This document shows positions 51,901-62,274 of a stretch of DNA of 64,000 nt, piece by piece. The stretch's first letter is position 1, and every line of letters begins with the position of its first letter. This stretch comes from Aplysia californica. Lineage: Eukaryota. Position numbers and translations under genes: made by a program. The notes beneath the pieces were generated by a model that was not told where the DNA came from, searched no databases, and was given only the letters and a program-made list of their open reading frames with translations. The stretch spans positions 17,680 through 81,679 of the forward strand of contig NW_004797760.1 of NCBI RefSeq assembly GCF_000002075.1. Direction: 5' to 3'.

Positions 51901-54900
51901 TGTGGGAGATGTTCCCTCATCTGTGAGGAAAATGCCAAGACCAAAGAAAGCTTTTGTGAAAGAGATGATCGAGGAGGAATGCGTGATAACCGAAGTGCTT
52001 GAGGAGGAGGAAGCAACTGCGGAGGATGAAAATGCAAAGGAGGCTGAAGTGGGCAATGCTTATGGTGACGGGACTGACAATGAGGAGGAGAGAGAGAAAG
52101 TCCAGGAGGAGACTATGGAAGTGTCAGTGGAACGGGCTATGGAGGTACAGGTTATTGTTCACTTAACACCTTAATGGCCACTCATCTTGTGGCTGGTGGA
52201 TCAGTCATTCTCTCTGCAAAAAAAGCAAATAAATCTCTTGGATTGGAATGGTATTAGCTATACACGTTAATTTTAGTACACAAGTGTCAAGAAAATGAAC
52301 GTTAATTTTAGTACACAAGTGTCAAGAAAATGAACAAAGAATTTGTTTTCTTCTGTTTAGTGAATTTTTGTAGCTTAAGGGTGGATACAGAAAAGCAAAC
52401 TGGTTTATTTTAAAACTTTCCACAAGGGGGGCTATTCTCATCAATTGTCCTAAAGAGAAAGTCACAAGGGACATGAGTACCTTCATCTTTCAATTTTGTT
52501 TGTTTGCATTCTATGCCTTTTAAACCACATTGTTTATCTTATTTTATAATCTGGACTCCTGTGTGGTTATCTTTTATAATGACTTGTTTCCTCTTTCAGG
52601 TCAAGTTTCCTTCTTCACGTGTGACTATCCCTTTGATAATCCAATGATTTTGTGACAGCTTTCAAAAGTGGTCTTCCACCAATGGTATTAGAAACACTTT
52701 TAGTTTAGTTTTAGTAAGAGTTTTTCGGCGCTTGCAACACAATAAGGTCATATAAGTGCCACAGATTAGAGGTGTTACAAGTGAGTAACAAACACAAAAA
52801 AGGAGGAGGGGACATAAAGACGACAGATGTTTGATAGGAAAGAAGGAGCAAACCACACCAGAGCACCCGCCAACCACCCACAGAAACACTTTAAAGACAA
52901 TTCATTTTTCCAATAATGCAATTTTTTAAAAGGCACACTACTTAGGAATCTGATTTACAAAATTAAAGGAATTGGTGATAGAGAAGATGTTAATAAATGT
53001 TCTTTCTCAATGATCAGTAAAATGAGTGCTCGTTTTTACTTTATACCGTGTAGGTTGTTGATGGGAATGAGAACCTTGAAGAGAAGAGGACAGATGACGT
53101 TGGTGATGATAACAGGAAGGATGATGGAGGCTCCCGCCCCGAGAGTCCTTTGGATGTTGATGCTCCAGAAAAGGTGAGAGTGTGGCCTAGGAGCAGTTTT
53201 ATCCCAATGTAACTGGCTTGATGGGTATTAGATTTTTTATATGAATTTTTTTTTTTGGTGTAGATCGGAAAAGTAAAGTAAAAAACTGGATCGGGAAAGG
53301 ATATGAATTTTTAAGAACATTTGCTTGATTTTAGCCGGATACCTTGTCAAACAAAATTATTACAAATGTTTGAAATTTGACTTTCAGAACATGCAGATGT
53401 ACACAACAATTTTCTTTTTGTCTTTATAATGGGGAAAAAAGTGCTTGATTCTGAAATGCAAGTTATGGTTTGTTTTATTTTCTTGTTCAGGGTCAGCTTG
53501 ATCAAGAAGAGAAATCAGATGGTGAGAACGAAAAAGAACAGCAGGAGAGGATGTCTCTTGGAAGCCGTTTGTCTTTGAGAGAAGACGAGGAGGAAGCTCT
53601 GCGCTCCAACAGGGTGCTCATGGCTCTCCTCGAGGAAGACGAGGAAATTGCACCAGCTATTGGTGTGGAGGAGGTGAGTTTGAGTCTCTTTCAAATCACA
53701 TTTAGGTTGAAACTGGTTTCTTAGTTTTAATAACTGTGTGATAAAAATAATTTTGGCATATTTGCAAGACTTATTATATTCCACATGATATTAATACTCG
53801 AACGTGTGTGATGAAACAAGCTGGGGAAAGAATGTTTCACGTATTCAAAGACAGATGTCAGTGTCTGACTTTTCTCTATGGCTTGCGCACAACTTTATTT
53901 GAAGTGGATTAAAAGTTATGTTTATGCTGGAAAACTTAAACTTGCAAAGGATCAGTTACTTCTATTCTTTTTGTCTCTGTTTTACCCAGAAGTTTTATTG
54001 GGGGTTTTTTTTTGGTGGAATAATATTACCTGTATTACCTGTCGTGGGCAACAACGTCATTGCACACCGGACAGGTCCATAAGTGCTCAGTTCCCCCCAG
54101 CACCAAAGCCCGCAAGGTATCCATACTGATTGTTCCGGTGAATTTTTGATTATGGCGACGTCTTTCCTTTCCAGATAATCGTTCCTTTCTTCCTTCTCCC
54201 CTCTCTATCCTATGGTGTGGGGCTTGTTAAAGGCCCTGTATTAATACCTTTTTGGTGGAATAATATATAATGCATGAATGAGTAACCAAGTCTTATGGGC
54301 ATTGTAGAAAAACAAAGAAATAGTTTTGGCAGCTCATTTATTTGTCTTGATATCTCATTCATTTTTTTGCGGCTTCTGACTGCCTGTATAAATAAATATG
54401 CTATACTAAATTTGCAAGGTAAGGTCTACTGTGGTTAGTAAGAAATAACCAGCTACACTGGTTTTGATGATGTGATTTTTTGAAAATATGCAATGGATAT
54501 TTGTACTCTACATTTCTTTCTTTCCCAAACACAGGTGTTTGACATCCTTCCTCTCTATGGCTGTCTTCAACCTGGTGACACAGAACAGGTGACCTTCACC
54601 TTTTATGGACATGCTGACATTTGGGGAGAGGTCAAGGCCATTTGTGAAGTTGAAGGTGGGCCTACTTATGAGTTGAAGATGACAGGTGAAGCTTCTCTGG
54701 TGGAGTACGAGTTCAACACCAAAGAGATTGACTATGGCAAGCAGGTATGAATATGTTGTAATTTTTTGAAAAATCTATTTCGGTTGTGAATAATTTTGAA
54801 TATTGCTTTCTAAACTTCTAGCATGTACCACTGAACTGTCATTTTTAAGATACCTTTTTCTTTAGCTGACAACTAAGTATGTCTCTTCCTAAATAATGTT

Positions 54901-57900
54901 TTGACTGTTGTCATTTTTGCCTTGTCTTCTTTTGTAGCAGTTTCAAATGCTTCTTTGTAAAATACCAAGCAGATGTGGCCGTGTTTTCAATGTTTTAACT
55001 TGGTGAATGATTCTATTCAAATGAGAAGCAGCGTGGTGGAATCAGGCTCTTGTCAAAATAATCAAAGTGAAGAAACTTGAATTTTTCAGCGGGTTTATTA
55101 ATTTTTATCAAATTTTTGTTTTTTGGCTCAACACTTTCATACCTATTAAAGAACTCATTTCTGTGGAAATTTTTCTGAAAAATTTTGATTTAAGGCACAA
55201 AAAATGTAAATTTTTAGTTACCACGGACTCTTAAGCTTAGGAAATAATTAATCTTTGGCAGCCATTTTCTCACTAATTTTACCTCTGAAAACAAGTGACC
55301 TCCACCTCCTTCTTTCGCAAATATCTCGACTTGTATTCAAGATAAATTGATATTTTTTTCATCCAAATAAAGACAAATGAACAAGCTTTGAAATGATACC
55401 AATAACTCTACATGCCCAAAAATTGACGAGAGCCTGATTCCACCACGCTGACTCACAAAAAAACTCTTTAGAACCAAGTAAAAAAATAATAATTAAACAC
55501 CTGAAATAAATGAATAGTTGCAGCATGCTTTATTGCAATTTTGTATCTGAAAGGAGTTGAGTATAAGTGATTAAGTTGAGCGTTTCTATTTTTGTTAAAG
55601 GAATCAGTAGCAAGTTTTGTGAATTGAGTAGTTTTTTCTTGTTTTTTGGTATTTTTAGAAGCGCTTTAGCTGGACCTTGATCAAAAATAGATTCCTCGGA
55701 TTTGGTTGTTGTTTTTTTAAAATAGTTTTTTGGGGTGTGTTTTTTGAAGATTTTTGGGCCTGCACTTGGTATAAAAAAAAATGACGTGTATCTTGCTATA
55801 CATTTCCTACAGATGTACGATCATGTGGCTTCCTCCACCATCACCCTCATCAACACGGGCAAAGTAGGCTTTGAGTTCAGTGGCATTGGCATGGACCCAG
55901 CTCTACAGAAGAGACCTCTTCCTGGCCAACCTGTTATGGTGCCTCATTCTGTAAGTTTCTGGTCTTATTTGTACTCTTCTGTCTTCGATTTGCTTTTACT
56001 TTCAGATTTAGTATGGTGTATGTTTGTTAAAGGCTCTTTTTTACACTGGTAATATGACATAGACTTATACAGTCAGAACACATGTGATACTCTGTAGCAA
56101 AAAGACCTCCTTTGTGGGGGATGGAAGAAAAAAAATGACTCATTATAAGAAATGAATATGCTGAAATGGGCCGTAACCTCAACAGAAGTTAACTTTGGAA
56201 CATTTGAATAAACTTCAGAAGATTGCAGTGAATGGAAGAAGGGAATAGACGCCACTTTCAAGATGAAAGAGAAAGATGTAGCTTTCAAGGTACAAGTATG
56301 CAACACCTGAAGAATCATGAGAGGAAGCTGCAAAGTGCTACTTGTCATTTCTTTGCTTGCCCCTTAGTTTGGCTACTTTTTATGGCATGCACTATCCAAG
56401 TTAGTCAGATGCACCTTTTCTCATTACACTAAATGTGGACTAACATTGCTCAGACATTGTCGTCTGCAGCGATAGAGCAGTGCCTATCACTATTACTGCT
56501 GATTTACTATGCTAAACATTTCGGTTTGCACGTAGTTATTTATTTTATTTTCACATTTCTGTCTCATAAATCTTTCCTTTAACTAGTTAGTTACAAAACT
56601 TGTTCACTCTTTTAAACAGCATTGTTGGTTCAACAGTGCCAGCAGTTGACTGAGAAGACAGACCTAGAATTTGACTAACTGACAGTGAAAGTTGATGGAA
56701 ATTTCTGCCTCAATGCCAATTATTTCCTACTGTTTTTGTAATTTGTTATAACCCATGATATGTTATCCTCTACTTTTTGATGCATTTTTATTTTTATTTT
56801 TTCATCCTTACTTTGCAGGGCTACATAGAGCCCTTTGCAGAGCAAAAAATAGAGGTGAAATTTCTGCCTGGAGTTCCAGAGAACTTCCACAAGAGTTTCC
56901 AGATCCAGGTGGCGCACTTTGAACCAGACTCCATCAGCCTCTATGGTGAAGGTGAGAAAACGAAAAATTAAAAAATTTCCTAAATGTTATCATATGAAAA
57001 AGAAATCGCGATAGTTGTTTAACCAATCTTTTATGTGTAACACCTTTGTCTCAACTTGTGTTTTTGTCGTTTATCCTTTTTCATGTGTTGCGAACAACCC
57101 AGTTTGCTGTCATTTGTTTTTATTTACTTTGTACTGTGACCCATCCGTTCTTTCTGTTCTTAGTCTTCTCAAACATCCTTGCTGTGGTAAAAATGACCAA
57201 TATCTCACGTTATTTCTCATGTCTCTCTCTGAATTCTTTTTGACCTTTAATTTTTTTTTCATCCTTTTGTTAGTAGTCTTTGTTGAAAATTTCTGTTGTA
57301 CTGCAAACTCAAATGAAGGACTTCGAATCCTGACTTTTTTCCTTCAATTGCTAAATGTAATCTGAAACCCATTGTTTTGTGTCTTGAATAATCTTATGTG
57401 TGCCCATGATGTCGAGCATCTTGTTCTATACAAAAAGAGCACTTTTTTTTTGTTAAGCCTTACTCTGACAATTTTTCACCGCATAACACATACCATGGTC
57501 AGAAATTATTTGTATGTCTTACCTCTGAAAATCAAGTTGCTCTCCACCCCCACCCCCCTACCCCCTTATCCATTTCAAAGTACTTGACCTATTGACCTAG
57601 TGCACAACATCTCAGGTCATCAGGGGGGATAACAGTGGGGTTGGTGCTGTGTCTTACAGGGACAGCAAACAGTGGCTGTAATCATCATGATGTGCAAAGG
57701 TATGGGGGATTATACTTAACCATTTTCCTGTCTAGCTTGTGAAATATCTTACTAATATAACTGTTCTAACCCCCCCTCCCCCCCAGGTGTGTTCCCCCGA
57801 GTGTCTTTGGACCTTCCGCGACTGGAGGATGAGGAGGGCGTCTATGCTGGTCTGGTCAAGGAAGCAAAGGAGAACCTGGCCCGCAGCTTCAAGAAGCAGC

Positions 57901-60900
57901 AGCAACTGGCCGCACTCAAAGCAGACGAGGGAGAAATTGAGGAAGAGTTGATGAAGCTGGTGTCAGTTGAAGACGGAGATGGAGACGGGGATGGGACACG
58001 AGAGGCTGGCTCCAACGCTCAGGCTTATGTGAGTTGTTGATTATTTTCTGCTCACATCTGCTTTAGTGACCCCCATTCTCTGATTTGTCTCGGTCATTAA
58101 ATGAGCTGTTTACTGGAAACAGGAGCTCCAAAATACGGTGAAGTGTGGCCGTTTCCTTTCAAGCTCGTGCAAATTTGCAACACTAGGATGACTCCTTCTA
58201 ATCAATTTCAAGCGTGCTCGAAAACAGACTAGAGTCCTCTTTGACTCTATGACATAGCTGCAAGTGGTAGCGAAAGGTGAAGCAGATGTATTCCTTGGAT
58301 GTCTCCTGCTTCATCTTGAAAGTTTATTAACAAGATTTCTACATTGTATTATTTAATTTAGATATATGATCAGAATGTTTTTGAGTTGATATCACAGGAA
58401 GAACAATTTGGTTTTTCATATCTATAACTTTTTTTCTTGATATCTCTTTTCATGACTAACAGTGGTTTGTGTCTCCAAAAATACTACCCTCTGTGTATGT
58501 TATATTACCTTTATGGCACTGCTGTTTCTTTCCAAAAGTATCTTATTTCTAAATTAAATGTTACTTCTGTATTTTCCATCTTTTCTGCTTGTGCCATTGT
58601 ATGTTACATTCCCTTTGGTTTTCGGCTCTAACAAAGTTATGTGATCAACATGGACTGATCATAGAACATTTGAATTTCCTAATGCGGCTTGCACAGAATT
58701 CAAGAAAAAATTCAAAGGCCAGTGCTGGAACTGTCCTAATGAATTCTGGAAGTGGGCCTAGTCGCCAAAGCCTCAAAAGCCTGACATTCACCCCTCAAGA
58801 GCCTAGTTCTAGTGGAATTCCAATCCCTCTGCTGGAAGGAGCAGAAGGAGAAGCTGGAGATCCTGGAGATGCTAGTCAGGCTGTGGCTCGAGAAAATGCT
58901 GTACAGGAAGAAGGGGAGCCTTATGCTGAGGTTCTTTGATGCTTCTGGTTTCTTGTGTTTAGTCTAGCTTTTTGGGGTTTTTACAGTTTTACTAGCTTGG
59001 GTGCTTGATTTTTTTGTTTGTTCCTTTGCTGCTGTTGAATTAAAAGTCACAGAGATTTGTGTTTGAACGTTCTGCTTCAGAAAACATTCCCATCACATTC
59101 TTCTATTTTTCCACTTCTGTTTTTTTCCTGGTGTCATTCTATTTTTTTTTCTTCACCTTTGTCATTATCAGTTGAGCTCTGATTCCCTGAAGTACTGTTC
59201 AGAATTGCCTGAGTTTGATTTTGATCCTCTTTTGATCTGGTCTCAGTTGTGAGCACCTAATTTGTAGATCTTTATGGAATGCTGTGTAGTTTGTTTTCCT
59301 CCGTGTGGTATGGCAGTACAAAATTGTGTCAACTTAATTCACATCTGCAGTTACAATTTTTTGCTTTCTTGTTTCTTTCTTTGGTTTCTTTGCAATTTTG
59401 GTTTGGTATGATTCTTTTATGAATAGCTACATCCTGTTTATTCTAGGATGTTGTCTGTGATTGCCACCTGATTGTCTAATTTGTCTTTTGAGGAACATAC
59501 ACGTACCTTTTAAATCAATTTCTTGCAAAAATTAGTTGTTTCACACAAGGGAGAAAATACTTTGATCAGCAAAACTTTTTGTTTAAAGCTCCTTCAGGAC
59601 AGATCTTTTCACTCATTATTAAGTTTAGCTCGGTGAGCAGAGAATTCAGTTAGATTTACTAAGAAGTTGAGTTTACAACCCAATCCTTATCTGCAGAAAT
59701 ATGTTATCAAATTTTGCAGAGGTATTTTTCTGTTTCTGTGATACGACAAAGGTGTCTTGTTCTTGAAGTGGTTGGAGAATGCTGTTGACAGATTCTGATT
59801 CATTCCCGTCCACCTATTTCTGTTTATTATTTTGCTCCCCCCCCCCCACCAAACTCTGAATTCACCTGCTTTATATTAATTAATGTGGGTTTTTTTACCA
59901 CAAAATAAACAAAACCTGTCTGGTTCTATGGTAGGGTCAAGGAGGTGGAGATACCGGAACTGTCCAGACTCCAAAAGTAAACCATCTCCCAGAGGTGATC
60001 TCTCTTGTTCACTGGATTGTTCTGCTTGGAGTTCACTTATCTTGTTGGTTTTATCACAGTTGTGTGCACTGGTTTTATTCATGTCTTCACTTTGTTTTAT
60101 ACTCATTATGAACATTTGTTAAATTTATATGTGTGATTACTGAGCTTTGACGAAGTTACATTTTCATTTGCTTCAACAATAAATAAAGTGACTTTCTGTT
60201 TTGTCCTTTGAGGTGTAGAATCTGTACGGTTTATTTCCCAAAATTATTTTTCAAATGAGTTTTGTGTGGACACATGTAACAAAAGCCAGTCGTATCAACC
60301 TCAATGTTTGCACCTTTTTTTTCCCCACCTCAACCTTGTACCTTTAAATAAAATGCTTTGTATGATTTGTGAGGCAGCGTGGTGGAATCAGGCTCTCGTC
60401 AATTTTTGGGCATATTGAGTTATTGGTATCATATTAAAGCTTATTCACTTGTCTTGCTTTCAATGAAAAAATGACCCGTCCATCTTCAATAGAAGTTGAG
60501 ATATTTTGGATTGAAGGAGGTGGGGGTCACCTGGTTTAAGAGGTAAAATTAGCGAGAATATGGCGCCAAAGCTTTGTAAATTCCAAAGCTGGAGAGTCCA
60601 TGGAAACTGTAAATTTATATTATTGTGCCTTTAATCAACGTTTTCCGTGAAATCCTCAAAGGAATGTGTTTGTAAATGGACATAAAAGGTGTTGAGCCAA
60701 AAGACAAAAATTTGATAAAAATTGCTAAGCAGGGAGGAAACTGCTGTTTTCTTCGATTTCATTATTTTGACGAGAGCCTGATTCCACCACGCTGCCTCAC
60801 GTTTGTTGTTGGTTTGGTGTTCTTTGTTTTTTCGTGTGTGGGGCACCACCAAAGAATGGGGATGTTAATTAATAAAGATATCTGGTTCTGCACCATTTTT

Positions 60901-61215
60901 GATTGCACTGTGTGGTTGTCTCAGTATTCCTGAAAAGCACAGCCAGTTGTTACAAAAAGTGTCCCACCACATCATTAAGCGTTATGTTTTGTTCATTTGG
61001 ATGGATGTTAATAATTTTTTAACGTGTACGGATTTAATGCTCCAAATGTAGTAAGTTCCTTTCTGACAGAATTGGTGTCTCTGCTGGTCATACCTGACAC
61101 AACAAGTCATCTTAATCCTTATTAGTTCTGTTTGGCTAAAGAAATATTCTCCTCTGCAGATGCATTGGTCATTAATGAACAAAGACTATTATTATTAGTA
61201 CTGTAATTATTATCA

Positions 61216-61255
<40 letters not shown>

Positions 61256-62242
61256 CATTATTATTATTATATTATTATCATCATTATCATTGAGACTTAT
61301 TGTCTGTTTTTCTGTGCTTGGAAAAAACGTGATGCTGTGTATAAATAACAGTTTAGACAGTTATGTATGGATCTGTCATCTGTTATTGCTTATCGCTCTA
61401 AGAATATACTGTATTCATGATTGATTATTTTCTTTCAAAAAGTGTCTAATTTCAAGTGAATTGTTTTTTTTTGTCTCTTTATAGGTATTGAAAGACGCAG
61501 GTCTCTTATAAATCTGAACTTTAAAAAAAACAACTCATGACACATTTTTAAATGATTAGTGAAATCCTTAGTGTCATAGATGCCAATTTCCATGTGCCAT
61601 TACCGCACTTTATAATCTCTAGGTCTATATTATTTACCATTTTTTTTTCTTGCTTTGAATAATGTCTGCTGGCTCTTTGCTGTTGCTTGCGAAAGACAAG
61701 AGTTCAATTCCCAAGAAGGGAGGTTATTGTTTCAAATGACTTTGACTTTCTGATGATAATATACTGTATCCCGCCTCAGCCTGGGTTTTCCTGACAGGCT
61801 GGGTTGAAGCAGAACTCCTCCTTAAGAATCTGAATAGTGATGGGGACTTACAACATTTACTGTCACTGATTTTGTTTCTTTTTTTCTTTCAGCATGAACG
61901 AGAACCCTCTGAGCTGGAGACACAGATGGAAGTGGAGAGGCTGGCAGTGAGAGATTTTGCTTTGGAACGCCAAAATGACTCCTGCAGATCCTTCATTCGG
62001 GCATCAGTGGATGACAAAGGGGACAACCTGTTACAGCCAGTTCCATCCAATTTGACTGTGCTCACAGCTGAGTCTTTTGGTGCTTCAAAGCCGAAGTGAG
62101 CCTTATGAATTTTTCTTAATATGTATTTGGCATTGATCATGTTGTTTGCGATTGTCTAGATAAGATAAGATAAGATACATCTTTATTGTCCAGATCCTGG
62201 CACATTGGTTTGGTGTTCCACCACGAGTACACACACACGCAC

Positions 62243-62274
<32 letters not shown>

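Noticed and set aside
61485-61500. 16-nt AG...GT micro-exon candidate
   Set aside because: Would shift the HYDIN frame; donor is weak.
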